Shown here one piece after another: positions 35,800 to 50,394 of a stretch of DNA of 64,000 nucleotides (position 1 is its first letter; every line of letters begins with the position of its first letter). This stretch comes from Isurus oxyrinchus (Eukaryota): assembly GCA_026770705.1 (NCBI GenBank), contig JANJGN010000026.1, positions 27,218,001 through 27,282,000 of the forward strand, written 5' to 3'. Under the pieces are notes generated by a model. That model was not told where the DNA came from. It did no database searches and was given only the letters and a program-made list of their open reading frames with translations. Both the position numbers and the translations under genes were made by a program.

Positions 35800-37171
35800 T
35801 ATATCTTCAGTAACAATCTCTTCGAATAGCAGCTATATTTACTGTTGCAATCTGTTAAATTAAGAAACTGCTGTACAGAAAGCTATGACGTAAGGGGAGT
35901 AGGGGGGCGGGGGATGGAGCAAGTACATCGTGTAATTCTTTTCCAATAAGAAGTAGCGAATGAGTTAACTGGATATTCGCATTTTGACACGAGTGCTGAC
36001 TGGCCAGATATAGTTTCTCTACTTCCTCCTACAACGCCTAATCGCATCATTCAGAATGCCACTCAGTAGGTGGAAGGAGGAGTTGGCAGTGTTTTGGGGC
36101 TGGGGGGATCTATTCTGGATGGGGTTTGTGTTTCGCAATTCGCCTCTCCCTCCCCTCCTCAGACCTCATGATCAGCAAAGGAAAGAATGGGGCCATTTAA
36201 AGAACAATTGTACATTCTTCATGTTGTAAGAGGAAAATAGTGAACGAGAGAAACTCGGAGAGGGAATAACAGGACTGAAATAGATGCAAGAGGCACAAAT
36301 ACTGAAGGGAAGGGTGAATAGTAGACACTGAGGAAGAAATCACACGATGATGGTCACAAGGGGCCATCAGCCTTTCCTAGTGTTGTTCTAACCGTTGTCC
36401 AGTTACGGGCGATGATGGCAAGACCGGCATTTATTGCCATCCCTCGCTTCACATAAGAATATTACGATGAGCCTTCTCCTCCAACCGCCAGAGTGTGTGT
36501 GGTGAAGGTGCTCCTGCAGTGCAATTCTGGAGGCAGTTTCAGGATTTTGGCCGAGTGACAACAAAAGGAACGGCAGCTTAAGCCGGAGTGAGAATTGGCT
36601 GTGGTTTGTAGCAGTAAGAGATAAAGTGGTCATTCGGCTAAGCGTGCATGTGCTTGAGGTCTGCCGGAGTTAACCCATAAATCCAAGTCTATTTTCTTTT
36701 TCCGTACACCTGCATGTTTTCATTTTGAAACATTTACCCAATTACTTAATATTGTATCTGCCTCCACCACTCTTTCAAGCAAGGCTTTCAAGATCACAAT
36801 AACTCGCCTTGAAATAGATCCCCACGTCCCCGCCCGCCCCGGGGGAATTATTGCTAATTATCTTTAATCGATACCATATGATTGTCGACACTCCTGCCAG
36901 ACGAAACGATTTATCCTCAAGTACTTAATAAGAAAAATCTCATAAATTTGGTGACCTTAATTAAAATTCCCCGTAGGTTCTCTGTTCCAAGAGAAAAAAT
37001 AGTTTCTCGATTCATTCGAGCTAACTGATATCCGTAATCCTTGACACCATTGTGTTAGAACATGAAAAGTGTGTTTTTTCCATCATTTTCTCAATGACAG
37101 TTTTTATTTATGAAGAGTCGCTACGTGACAGATGCCTATGCTTATCTCTCCAGCTTTTTTTATGGTATCAC

Positions 37172-37492
37172 GATGTTTGTATACACAGCAGAGCGGTTTT
37201 GAAACACCCTCAATCCGCAGAAATAGATGGCGCTGTCTTTCGGCTCCGCTGCAGAAATTGACAACGGAAAAACTTGGTGTTGGCGGAAATGACGAGCATC
37301 GAATTTTCCGTTCGCAAACTCGGCATCCGTGCGCCGGGTGTTGTCACAGTACATTAGAAACTGGGGTGCCTGTCTCGGGTACAGCCGGTACCAGTAGCAA
37401 CCCGGATCATCAGAACGGGAATTCAATTGTGGATTATCTCCCTCAGATACCTTCGACTCATGTTGAATCTACCGAACTCCCTTGGATTTTAC
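37172..37492 (-). pseudogene. TCR V pseudogene V10 (V9 family)
   Basis: YWYRLYPRQAPQFLMY..DAEFANGKFDA..FPLSISAAEPKDSAIYFCGLR; 5' part disrupted; heptamer deleted, nonamer relic ACAAACATC. Confidence 0.88.
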
Positions 37493-38039
37493 CAAGTAAA
37501 GTAATATGGAAAACAACAGTTAACACACTTACTGATTAGGAGCATCCCAGCCCACGGAGGGAACCTCAATTGCAGTCTAACTATTATAAGGGCCGTCTGG
37601 AAAATTCACACTAGAGAAAGGAAGACATTTTAAGATTTACAGATTACAGGGAGAAGAATAATAATTCACATCAACACGGGGCTCACATGTCCCAGTATAC
37701 CTATTACAAAGCTGAACAGCTGAACAGACGTCACCTCTAAAGTGCTGGCAAGATATTCCGAACTCGAATGTCAAAGTCTTGCCGAGCACGTGACCAAGTC
37801 GAGGTTTGTTACCTTGGCACACGGTCGCCCCAATGATATCCCGAAATTTGCTCGGTTACAAACAGCAGAAATGACCAGGTGATAGACATATGCAAGAAAC
37901 AAACGCAGTTAGCCCCAGTCCGGTTCGGATAGCAAAGATCACATGCGTGCGTGTTCACATCATTCTAGTGGAGTACTAGATGCCAAAATACCCACAATAT
38001 AAATAGGCACACAATCCAGAGAATTTTAATAAATGTTTA

Positions 38040-40215
38040 GTGTCGTACTGCAATAACTGAGGCAGACCTTGTGTAATATAAATGAAAGCAATGTTTCAGA
38101 TATTTTAAACAGAAACATATTCTAGGTAAGTACTAACTCAGTGCATTGTGAGGTAAGCATGATATCTCGGAGTAAAACCTGAAAAATCACCTCGTGTAAT
38201 TTAAGCGAAGACACGATTTAGTGCTGATATAACTGCACAACCAGTGATAGAAGTTTACAAACTTATGAGTGGCATGGACAGAGTAGATAGTCAGAAGCTT
38301 TTTCCCAGGGTGGAAGAGTCAATTACAAGGGGACATAGATTTAAGGTGAGAGGAGAAAACTATAAAGGTGATGTGCGGGGCAAGTTTTTAACGCAGAGGG
38401 TAGTGAGTGTCTGGAATTCGCTGCCAGAAGAGGTGGTGGAAGCAGGTACGATAGTGGAGTTTAAGAGGCAGCTTGACAAACACATGAATAGGATGGGAAT
38501 AGAGGGATACGAACCCCGGAAGTGTAAAATGTTTTTGACGGGCAATATGATCGGCGCAGGCTTGGAGGGCCGATGGGCCTGTTCCTGCGCTGTACTGCTC
38601 TTTGTTCTTTTTTCTTTGAAGTTTAACCACTGACAAATCCTGGCCTAACATAAAGAAATAACTTATTCAATGCAGTGCTGATAGAAGGTCTAGTGTAAAA
38701 TAAAGATAGCAATGGTCCACCGCGGTGATAGCTGACACAGGCCTATCCTAATATAAAAAGGGTACACGTCTATTTTAATGTAAATAATGGCATTGGCTTT
38801 TGCTGTGAAAACTGAGATAGGGTCTTGCGCAATATAAGCAGCCACGTGGTTTGAAGCAAGAGCATAGAAAAAGCACTATGCATAACAGAAAGAGTCACGT
38901 GGTTTAGTGCTACCAAAGAAAGGTTATCTAATGCAATAATTGCTTAGGCACAGTCCAGCATAATATAAATGGCGACATGCTCTACAGTCGTAAAAACAGA
39001 GGCAAGGCCGAATCTTTAAGAAGCTTAAACACACATTCTAATGCATTAATATCTGTGGCAGAGTTTTGTGTAACATGAACAGAGATAATATTCGTACACC
39101 AATAACTGAGATAGGACTAGTGCAACTTAAACAGTTGAATGATGTAATGCTATATGTGGAACAGCATTTACTGGATTATAGACAGGGCTGGGAGCTTGTG
39201 TAATATGAACAAAGACAGCGTCTAGAGTAGGAGTAACTGTTCAGACCCTCAATGATTGTAAACAGTGACTTTATCCAATCCAATGAATACAGTGCCCAGA
39301 GTAATATATGATGTGTCATGTACTTGCGTAATATAAACAGGAACAGGGTCTAGTGGCATATAAACCGAGACATGGCCGACTGCATGAGTAACTGAATCAG
39401 CCCCCAGTGTTATATAGCTGAAGCGTACTTTAATTCATTAATATCTAAGACCTGGCCGACTGTAATGTCAGAAGTGATATGTTGAACGGCAATAATAAAC
39501 TGACGCCGGTTCCGCCCGAAAGCAAACAGACACATGGTCGAGTGGAGTAACAATTGAGAGATGGCCTTACACATGTTATAGAGTAGAAGGAGAAGATGTA
39601 GACGCGGGTGCAAAGAAGGTAGAGACGAGTCCAGTGCAAAATAGAATATTATGTGATCTCGTGCAGCAACAACGGACCAGGGCCTGGTGCAATACAAAAA
39701 ACAGAAGCATGGTCAGGTGCAACATGGAAATGTATGTGCGTATTGCAGCATTAAGTGAGACCGAGTCTGTAGGAGATAGAACAATGGCATGGTATTCTGG
39801 GATATTGTGTCAGAAACATGATCAAATGTGATATGAAATCAGATAAATGTCCCTGGTACTATGGAACGACAGATAAGCTAGTGTAACGATAACTGAGATA
39901 AGGCCTGGAATAATATGCAAAGGGGCATTTCGTAGTTTACAACAAACACAGACAGGGTGCAAGTTAACGGAGCCATAGTCTAGTGCAGTATTAAATAAAG
40001 CAGGACCTAATGTGATATGAGCAGGGGACGATTCTCATGCTGTAATAAAATACCACTTAGTCCAATATAAACAGAAACATGATCTGGTTTAAAATGATCA
40101 GAAGCATGGTCTAGTGCATTAAAACTGAGAGAGGACACCCTTTAAAAGCAGTGGCATCGTCTAATGCATTTTTAACAAAGCCTGCTGTAAAAGAAAGCAA
40201 GGCATGGTCCTACTG
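38040..40215 (+). repeat. Long degenerate ~27-bp tandem array, interrupted by a CR1 3' fragment
   Basis: Units such as gagacatggccgactgcatgagtaact, gaaacatgatctggtttaaaatgatca, gaagcatggtctagtgcattaaaact; further arrays at 42230-42400, 46570-47110 and 56040-56440. Confidence 0.75.
38244..38615 (+). mobile_element. CR1 LINE 3' fragment
   Basis: IEVYKLMSGMDRVD..TRGHRFKV..TQRVVSVWNSLPEEVVEA. Confidence 0.9.
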
Positions 40216-40749
40216 CCACCAGGTGGACGCTGAATGCAATGACCCCAATTCGCCGATGCCACAAGGTTAATAGAAAAGATAGCTCTCAGGAGGACGCTAA
40301 GATTCTGTAAAGGAATACAGACCGGTTAAATGTGTGGAAGTAGTATAGAAGACGGACTAAGTGTGAAATTCTGCACTTGGTGGTAGTGTTGGCGGCGAGT
40401 GAGGTGGGGTTGTGGTGGGAGCGGAGCAGGGGAGAGGATATTACTTATAGATCACGGAAAACTAAAATGCTGGCACAGTACACAGTTAGGAATTCAAATG
40501 ATACGTTAGCCATTTTAAAAAGGGATTAGCGTATAAGAGTTTAGAAGCTTTACAAACATTGTATAAAATTTTGGTGAGATTTCCTCGGGTACTGTGTACA
40601 GTTTTGGTCTTCTAACCTAAGAAATGACATATTTGCCTTCGAAAGAATACGACAAAGGTTGACCACATTAATTCCTGGGATGAGGTGCATGTCCCATGAG
40701 GAGAGGTTAAGTCTGTGCACACATTCCACTGAACTTTTTTAAATTTTTT

Positions 40750-41900
40750 TTTTAAAGGATGTGGGCTTTCCTGGCTGGGCCAGCATTTTATGCCCACCCC
40801 TAATTGACCTTGAGAAGGGGGTGGTGAGCTGCCTTCTTGAATCGCTGCAGTCCCTGTGGTGTCAGTACACCCACAGTACAAGTACAGATGCGGCTCCAGG
40901 ATTTTGACACAGCGACAGTGAAAGAACGATGGTAATTTTTCCAAATCAGGATGCTGAGTGGCTTGGAGGAGTGATTCTTGGTAGTGGTATTCCCATGTTT
41001 CTGCTGCTCTTACCCTTCTTGCTAGTCGTGGTCATGAGTTTCGAACATGCCTGGTTGAGTTGCTGCAGTGCATCTTGTAGATGATACACACTGCTGTCAA
41101 AGTTCGTCAGTGGTGGAGGGAGTGACTGTTTGTGGATGGGGTGCCAAACAAGTTGGCTGTTTGATCATGGACCATGTCAAGGTCCTTGAATATTGCTGGA
41201 GATGCACTCATCCAGGCAAGTGGAGATTATTCCACCAACCCCGTGACTTGTGCTTTGTAGATAGTAGGCAAACTTTAGTGTGTCAGGAGGTGAGTTATTC
41301 GTCGCACAACTCCTAGCTTCTGACCTGCTCTTGTAGGCATAGCATTCATGTGGCTAGTCCGGTTCAGTTTCTGATCAATTATAACACCCAGGGTGTTGAT
41401 AGTGGGGGATTCAGAGATGGCAATGCCATTGGACGTCAAGGGGTGATGGTTAGATTCTCTCTTGTTGGAGATGGTCACTGCCAGGTACCTGTGTGACATG
41501 AATGTTACTTGCCGCTTATCAGCCCAAGCCTGGATATTGTCCACGTCTTGCTGCATTTGGACATGGACTGCTTCAGTACCTGAGTCGTGACTGGTGCTGA
41601 ACATTGTGAAATCATCAGTAAACTTCATCACTTCTAACCGTATCATATAAGGAAGGTCATTGATGAAGCAACTGGAGATGGGGGGGTTGAGGGCACTACC
41701 CTGAGGAACTCTTGGAGTGATTTCCTAGAGCTGAGATGACTGAACTCTTAACAGCCACAACCATCTTCCTTTTTGCTGGGTATGACTCCAACCAGCAGAG
41801 AGCTTTCCCCCAAACACCCATAGACTCCAGTTTTGCTAGGGCTCCTTGATGCCACACTCAGTCAAATGCAGCCTTGATGTCTCAGGCAATCGCTTTCAAC
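40750..41900 (-). mobile_element. Elasmobranch LINE (CR1/L2 group) RT C-terminus and 3' tail; related pieces at 47400-47760 (-) and 63230-64000 (+)
   Basis: KFTDDFTMFS..QQDVDNIQAWADK..LGVIIDQKL; shared tail caagaaggcagctcaccacc..cttctcaagg. Confidence 0.8.
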
Positions 41901-42944
41901 TCCCCTCTGATAATAATGAGGGAATCTCATATATAATTCTTAAGGAGATTAAGTGAGGATTTTGACTTCACCAGGGAATCTAGGACCAAGGATCACAGTT
42001 TCAGAATACGAGGTCGACAATTTGGGACTGAGGTTTCTGTACCCATTGAGCTGTGGGACTTCTGGTAACAAAAGGAATTAAGGAATATGGGAATATTCCT
42101 GGAATGTGGAACTGGGGTAGAATATCAACCATGAATTTATTGCTTGATGGTGAGGACTCGAACGGTCGATAGCCTGACATATTCCTCTTTCTTATATTTT
42201 TATGTAGAACTGTCTCCTTATTTTTGCATCAAATAGAGAAACGTGGCCTCGTGCGATCATTCATGTTCCATTGTCTGGTGTAATATAAACAAAAAATATG
42301 ATTTGGTACAGTGCAACTGAAATAAGCTCGAGTGGACTTAAGACAATGACATGCTTTTGTGTAGTAATGACAGAGATAGGTCCTTGTGCACTATGAGTAG
42401 AAGCTCCGTTTGGCTCACACTACGTGTCTACAGATTACAATAGCGCCACTCCAGCAATGCCTCGTTATTTCTACAACACATTCTTATCTTTGGCACAGGT
42501 TGAAAGTTTGACATTGTAGTTAATGTAAAAATGGTGGGTGCAAGTTGTTGATTCTCTTATTAACAGATCAACAGACACTGATCTACCACCTCATAACGTT
42601 CAGCAGGAGGTAAAATGCATTTTAACTGCACGAATTGAAGATGAGCTTGTTTGATTTGTGCACAGAAACATCAACGACAGAGAAAGGTGGCTCGGACCCC
42701 AGCTATGTATGTTTGTTTTTTTTTAATTCAACAGAGGAATATTGACCAATATATAATGGAGCACCATGAGAACTTTAATTCCTACCAGAACAGCAAAGGT
42801 TCATTATCTCCCCGAAAACGTAGCTCCTTTTCAGTGGCCCGATTATAAATCTACTAGTTATGCTCAGGTTCTGAAGTTGAGGTGGAATCCACAATGTAAT
42901 GACTCTCAAATCAGAACAATTAGAAAGGAATAATTGGCAATCTA

Positions 42945-45230
42945 GTTGTGCCAGGCCCACTGGGGATGAGCGACCATAATATGATAGAATTCTTCATCAA
43001 GATGGAGAGTGATGTAGTTGATTCTGAGGCTTGGGCCCTGAATCTTAATAAAGGAAACTACGATGGTATGAGGCGCGATCTGGCTATGATGGATTGGGAA
43101 ACGATACTTAAAGGGATGACGGTGTATAGGCAATGGCAAATGTTCAAAGAGCTCATTGGTGAACTGAAACAATTGTTTATTCCTATCTGGCACAAAGGCA
43201 AAGAAGGAAGGGTGGCCAAACTATGGCTTACAAGGGAAATTGGAGACAGTATTAGATGCAAAGAAGAGGCATACGCATATGAATTGGCCAGAAAAAACAA
43301 CAGACCTGAGGATTGGGAGCACTTTAGAATTCAGCAAAGGAGGATGATTAAGTAGAGGAATATAGAATACGAGAGTAAGCTTAAGGGGAACATAAAAACT
43401 GACTGTAAAAGTTTCTATTGGTATGTGAAGAGAAAAAGTTTGGTGAAGACAAATGTAGGTCCCTTGCGGTCAGAAACGGGAATTTATAATAGGGAACAAA
43501 GAAATGGCTGACCAACTAAATACATACTTTGGTTCTGCCTTCAAAAGGAGGACACAAATAACATACTGGAAATGTTGGGGAACACAGGGTTTAGTGAGAT
43601 CGAGGAACTGAAAGAAATCAGTATTAGTAGGGAAATGGTGTTGGAGAAATTGATGGGATTGAAAGCCGATAAATCCCCAGGGCCTGACAATCTACCTCCC
43701 AGAGGACTTAAAGAAATGGCCCGAGAAATAGTGGATGCATTGGTGGTCATCTTCCGAGATTCTACAGACTCTGGAACAGTTCCTGCAGATTGGAGGGTAG
43801 CTAATGTAACCCCACTATTTAAAAAGGGAGGTAGAGAGAAAAAAGGGAATTATAGATCAGTCAGCCTGACGTCGGTAATGGCGAAAATTCTAAATGCCCA
43901 TTATAAAAATTTAATATTTGAGCACCTGGAAAACAATGGCAGAATTGGACAGAGTCAGCATGGATTTACAAAAGGGAAATCATGCTTGACAAATCTACTA
44001 GAATTTTTCGGGAATGTAACTAGTAGAGCTGATGAAGGGGAGCTAGTGCATATGGTTTATCTGGACTTTCAGAAGGCTTTCGACAAAGCCCCAGCATAAG
44101 AGATTACTGTGTAAAATTAAAGCCCATGGGATTGGGGGTAGTGTTTTGAGATGGATAGGAAACTGGATGGATTGGCACACAGGAAACAAAGAGTAGGAAT
44201 AAACGGGCCTTTTTCCGAATGGCAGGCAGTGGGGTACCGCAGGGATTGGTGCTGGAACCCCAACTATTCACAATATATATTAGTGATTGAGATGAGAGTG
44301 CTAAATGTAATATCTCCAAATTTGCCGATTACACAAAACTGAGTGGGAGGGTAAGCTTTGAAGAGAATGCAGAGATGCTTCAGGGTGATTTGGACAAGCT
44401 GAGTGAGTGGGCAAATGCATGGCAGATTCAGTAAAATGTGCATAAATGTGACGTTATCCACTTTGGTAGCAAAATCAGGAAGGCAGCTTGTTATCTGAAT
44501 AGCTATAAATTGAGAGAAGGGAATGTGCAACGAGACCTGGGTGTACTCCTGCATCAGTCCTTGAAGGTAAGCATGCAGGTGCAACAGGCGGTAAAGAAGG
44601 CAAATGATATGTTGGCCTTCATAGCGACAGGATTCGAGCACAGGAGCAGGGATGCCTTGCTGCAATTATACAGGGTTGTGATGGGACCACACTTGGAATA
44701 TTGTGTTCAGTTTTCGTCTCCTTATCTGAGGAAGGGTGTTCTTGCTCTCAAGGGAGTGCAGCAAATGTTTGCTGTACTGATTCCCGGGATGTCGGTACTG
44801 ACATATGAGGAGAGATTGAGTCGGTTAAGGTTATATTTGTTGCAATTCAGAAGAATGACGGGAGATCTCATAGAAACCTTTACAATTCTATTAGGGCTAG
44901 AGAGGGGAGATGGTGGGGGAGTCCAGAAGCAGGAGTCAATGTCTGAGGATACGGGGTAGACCATTTAGGACTGAGATGAGGAAAAATTTCTTCATGCAAA
45001 GAGTGGTGAGCCTGTGGAATTCGCTATCACAGAAAGTAGTTGAAACCAAAACATTGTATGTTTTCAAGAAGGAGTTAGATATAGATCTGGGGGTGAAAGG
45101 ACTCAAAGGATATGGGATAAAACGGGAGCAGGATCTTGAGTTGGATGATCAGCCATGATCATAATGAATGGTGGAGCAGGCTTGAAGGGCCGAATGGCCT
45201 ATTCCTGCTCCTTTTTTGTACGTTACTATG
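42945..45230 (+). mobile_element. CR1 LINE ORF2, 5'-truncated and frameshifted
   Basis: SDHNMIEF, KSPGPD, PADWRVANVTPLFKKG, QHGF..KSCLTNLLEFF, YLDFQKAFDK, PHLEYCVQF, and 3' tail. Confidence 0.95.
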
Positions 45231-48200
45231 TGAGGTACTTTAGCTGCTAAAGAGCTGAAAGGCTTGAGGTAATATTTTATACCTACAAATGTACCATAGC
45301 ATTCACTTACGTAGCTTCCTTTAAGCTTTCCTACGTTAATATCACAAAAAACAGCCTGACGATTACAACTACTAAACTTGATTCATACGATATCAATTTA
45401 TAGGCCAGTGGAAGCTTAAAGCAAAGATGGAGCCCACTCATCCCATCAAAACTGTGCCGGGCCCCTGGAAAAAAGTGTCTTCAATTAGTTCTACTCTCCC
45501 ACTCTTTCTCCAAACCCCTGCACATCTTCCACTTTCAAGCATTTATACAATTTCCTTTTGAAACTTACAACTGAATATGTTTCCAGCTCCCTAAAGGAAA
45601 TATGCTCCTGTTCATAACAATTCGCTGCATAAAAAAATCTAACTTTTCCCTTTATTCCTTTACGAATTGTCTGAACATTGGCTACCGATCCTCCTGCCAG
45701 TGGAACAGTGGAATTAACACGTCGCTAACAATTCTGTAAAGCAATCCTTCAGAAATTTAGAAACGTCTATTATAATGTTCCTCTAAGATTCTCTGCTCTA
45801 AGGAAGAAATCCGTGTTTCTCTAATCTCTTCAGATACCAGAGATATCTCATCTCTGGTTCAATTTGAATAAATACATCTGGTCCCACTCCAAGACTGTGG
45901 CATGCTTCTGAAAGTGTGGTTTCAAATAAATTCACTAACTGTTTTCCCTTCAGATAAATTCTAGCGATATATGATCGTTTACAATTAGTCTAAGCAATAA
46001 TTTGCGTAATTCTAATCTCTGTACCAATACTATCACTTTCGCCGACAGCGCACAGAATGACCTGTCTGCTCAACAAAATTGGTGTCTGTGTTTTCAATGT
46101 CAGTAAGATCACTGTCGCCACCTGCTGATGAACGTCTACTACAGGCCCTGGAGTTTATCTAAAATGATTCAGAATTCTACACGTAACATTTCCATTTGCC
46201 AGTGAATTTCACTCTGAAGTTTTTTAGCGCAAACCACGAGGGGCAAGAGATGAAAAGGAATTAAGTACGGAAGTGCCAATATTACTGTTATGAATTCTGA
46301 GAAGTTTTCCGTGAGAAGGTGTGCAGTTACTTGGGAAGAGACTGGCAGCAAAGAAAGGAACAAAATCATCTCTGCCGGTGGAGTGGGATGAACAGCTGCA
46401 GATCAGTTTCTTGTGGCGGAGGCTCACTTGCGCCCCTCTTATGGCGTATTGTAAACGTCTGCAACGAGCACAGAGCGCATCGAAATTTTGCAGATATTTT
46501 CAGTGCACGGTTGCAACACGAAGACGTTTGCGTCAAGCGATCGACACTCCCGTTTACAGGTGTTTTCATCACACTAGACAGAGGTTCATGTGATAGAATC
46601 AGAGACATGGCGTAATGAAATATAAACGGAGCCAGGGCCCAATATAGTAAAAAGCCAGAGACAGCGTCTGATGTAATATAAACAAAGATATGCTTTTATG
46701 CAGCAACATCTGGCACATGGCCAAATGTGATATAAATTATTATATTACAATATAATGCATCGTATTAAGAAATACTATATTATAATAGCATTGCATAATC
46801 AAGTGTAGCTGCATACGACAATCGGTCATGACTCTATTCTATGCATGGGTAAGGCATTCAAGGCTTGTGGGCTTGAATCCCACAAGAGTCAAATTTCGAG
46901 GGGACAAATTGAGACAAACTCAGCTCTGATTCTGCAGCAGTAATAACTGCGGTGGAGTTCTGGGGTAATATCACGTGAAATAATTGCAATGCTCGAATAA
47001 ATTAGACAGGCTCTTCTGTAATATAAAGAGGTGTTTCATCAGTGCAGGAATAACAGAAACAGTGTCTCATATTAGATAGAGAAATAGCTGCATACACAGT
47101 GATAGAGGGCATAGATATAATTCTGAGCTAAGATATCCATTTGCTTGATGAATCGAATGACCCCAACTATCAATAATCTATGAAAATACAATCACACGAG
47201 CTTACATTGATTAGACGCACGACTACCTCCGTTTGACCTTCCATGGCATGACCTACAGTCATTTCCCTAACAACATCCTGAACACTCGTGGCTACAGCAG
47301 CACATCAGAGGTTGAATCCTGATTCCTAATCGCAGCTGTGGGGTGTGAAGCCCATAGGATGCACTGCAGCAGCACACAAAGCTTTGATTTTATAAATTTA
47401 TGGGCTTCGCTGGCTGGGGAAGCAATTATTGCCCATCCCGAGTTGCCTTTTAGAAGGTGGGGGTGAGCTGCCTTCTTTAACCGCTGCAGTCCATGTGGTG
47501 TAGGTACGCCCACAGTGCTGTTAGCAAAGGAGTGCCAGGATTTTGACCCAGCGACAGTGAAGGAATAACCGATATATTTCCAAGTCAGGATGGTGAGTGA
47601 CTTGGAGGGGAACTTCCAGGTGGTGGTGTTCCGATCTATCTGACTGCCCTTGTCTTTCTAGGTGGCAGCGATCGTGGATTTGGAAGGTACAGTCGAGGAC
47701 CCTCGGTGAGTTTCTACAGTGCATCTTGTAGATGGTACAGACTGCTGCTACTGTGCATCAATGGCAAGTACCCCCCAAACCCATGATCTCAATCACTTTG
47801 AAGGGCAACGGGAACATGGTAAGAACCATCCCATCCACTTTCCCCTCTAAGTCACACATCATTCCAGCTTGTTTATATCTCCGGTCCGTCATTGTTCCTA
47901 GCTCTGAATTTTGTAAATCCTAGCTGACAGCATTGTGTGTACAACTTCAGCAGAGGAGCTGCTGTGGTTCATGAAGGTTGTTCACTGGTGGGAAGTAGAA
48001 AAGTGCATTAAATACGGGCCTTGATAGCGCTTTCTACATCATCAGAAAAGATGCAAAGCAATGCGAGAAACAGCGTGTCCAGAATCACAAATACCAGGCG
48101 TTATCTTTCTTGCTTTTGTCAGTTTTTTCGTTCACTTTTATTTTTTATTGTGAATTCTTTCGTTTTTGTTCTTTCTCTATTCCAGTTTTTCTCTCCTCTC

Positions 48201-48676
48201 CTCCACTTTCCCTCGTGCACTCTCATTCATCAATTCTCTTTCTGCTTTTGGAACAGGATGAGTTACCTTGCATCACAACAATATTACTTTTTTGAGCATG
48301 ACGACGAGGCAGTGATGGCAGGGCGAATGATCAAACACAAACCCCGCCCAGCGCGGTGCTCTACACATCCCGGGTCTCTCCTCCTCCTCTATGAATGATA
48401 TTCTGACTGATGCCGTCAGATGCGGCAGGAGGACAAGACAGTTCTCCTGTTCAAACCCAGATAATTGATTCGTTACATTTTGATAAGAGCAGAATTGCAC
48501 GAGACGCTTTCTCATCTCTTGCTCTACATATATGCCAACACGATTTTCCACGGCACTTTAACAGATTTCAACAGCAAATAAAACTGCTCTTCCAAGGAGC
48601 TGTTGTTGCATCATAATAAATCCCATGTCGTACCGTTATCCCGTTATGTTCTGATTGGTTTTTGGTACGTACGGCC

Positions 48677-49112
48677 ATGCCTGGTATCTGTTTACATTTA
48701 TGTGGCATTATTAGACATTCCAACACAGATAAAGTTATAGTTAGGCCTCGGTTCATTTTTACTTCAGGGGAGACTCGGGCAGATTCGGTATCACAACCTC
48801 AGACAACACTCTACGTGTCTGAAGGAGATGGTGTGATTATAAACTGTAGATTATAGACACAACAAACCTCGGTGAACCCTATCTGTGTTAGTACAGACAA
48901 CACACAAAGGCTCCCAGTTTTATTTTGCATCGGGAAAACGACAGAAAAATGGACGCCGATATTGTCAACGAAAGATTCGAGGTCAAGTAGACTAATTTAG
49001 AAAAGAAGTTTCCTTCATCGACCGCTGGAGCGGAAATAGAGGGCACTGCCGTATCTTTCTGTTGGTTGAGGGTCAGAATTGTTTCAAACTCATCTGTCGC
49101 TGTACAAAAACC
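48677..49112 (+). pseudogene. TCR V pseudogene V11 (V9 family; V exon 48768-49073)
   Basis: ETRADSVSQPQTTLYVSEGDGVIINC.., *YRQHTKAPSFILHRE..AEIEGTAVSFCWLR; stops and a frameshift; RSS CAGAATT-23-ACAAAAACC (perfect nonamer, dead heptamer). Confidence 0.88.
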
Positions 49113-49596
49113 ACAGTGATATAGCACTGGCACAGGCGTTCTCTCCCAGTCAAAGGAACATGCCCAGTGCCATCCGCTGCTCTGTCAGTGCTATCCGCTG
49201 CTCAGTGGGCCTGACTGCTGCATCTGAATTATAAGGGTATGAATTCAATTTTTACTCCAGACGGTTCAGTCCATCATCCAGGCTGATTCTTGGGTTAAAC
49301 CGAGGGTCCGCGACTTCCTTAGATAAAAAAAAACCCAGACCTGTATTTTGGAAAATGATAGCGGATTTCTCCCAAGTTTCCTGGGCCTATTCTAATGTTT
49401 CAACCGACATCACAAAAACAGCTTATCACGTTGCTTTTTTGTGGGAGCTTGTTGTGTATATATTAGCTACCGCGTTTCTACATTTCAACAACGACTGCCC
49501 TGCAAATTAATCCATTAACTCTTTAAGGTGTATCGGGGCAGGCTGGATTTTCTCGCTGCCATTGTTCGTATATGTAACATATTGAACATTGTAATA

Positions 49597-49925
49597 GGGA
49601 GCAGCTGTTCCCCTTAGTTGATGGGTCAGTTACGCGGGGACATAAGGGGCAGGAGGTTTAGGGGGGATGTGAGGAAAAACTCTTTTACCCAGAGGGTGGT
49701 GACGGTCTGGAATGCGCTGCCTGGGAAGGTGGTGCATGCAAGTTGCATCATATCTTTTAAAAAGTACCTGGGTGAGCACTTGGCACGTCATAACCTTCAA
49801 GGCTATGGGCCAAGTGCTGGTAAATGGGATTAGGTGGGTAATTCACGTGTTTCTCACGTGTCAGTGCAGACTCGATGGGCCGAAGGGCCTCTTCTGTACT
49901 CTGTGATTCTGTGATTCTCTGAATC
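49597..49925 (+). mobile_element. CR1 LINE 3' end (same subfamily as 32298-32780)
   Basis: RKNSFTQRVVTVWNALP and (gattctgt) tail. Confidence 0.9.
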
Positions 49926-50394
49926 TGTGTGTGAATTCCTGGAACTGTCTCAACTTCTAGAATCACTTCGATGATGTTAGTTACTTGACAGGGTCTCACG
50001 CCTGGACAATGGTGCATTGCACTTGCAAAGCAGCCAATAGGATTTGCAACAATCTGCAAAAGGCATTTGAGCAGAGACCCAAAACAACTTTTTTTCCCTG
50101 AGCGAACAATGGAAGAGTGAGCACAGAGCAGCTTGCTCCTAATTTCAACGAAGTTCATTAACTTTCACCCGGCTTTGTCCTCCATGTTTTGTTTACATGC
50201 ATCCTCCAAACCCAGTGTTCTCTGAGAAAATAAAACGGAAAACTCAGAATGGCAGCTATTTTCAGTAAAAAATTTTTAAAAAAATCCACTATGTTAGTCG
50301 AAATTTTATTCTCTTGCTCTTTGTGACCTGAATCACTGGTTTACTTCCAATGTTTGTTAAGTCAAGGGGGATATGATCGTGTTAGCTTCAGCTA

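Noticed and set aside
38040-40215. CRISPR-like repeat/spacer array or Ig switch region
   Set aside because: Eukaryotic DNA; the units are contiguous and degenerate with no constant repeat plus unique spacer; not G-rich or dense in AGCT
46169-46369. Leader-like MILFLSLLPVSSQ|GTAACT with a following V remnant
   Set aside because: Wrong splice phase, no AG acceptor and no V motifs; too weak to call
49112-49118. Perfect CACAGTG right after the V11 nonamer as a second RSS
   Set aside because: No nonamer at 12- or 23-nt spacing
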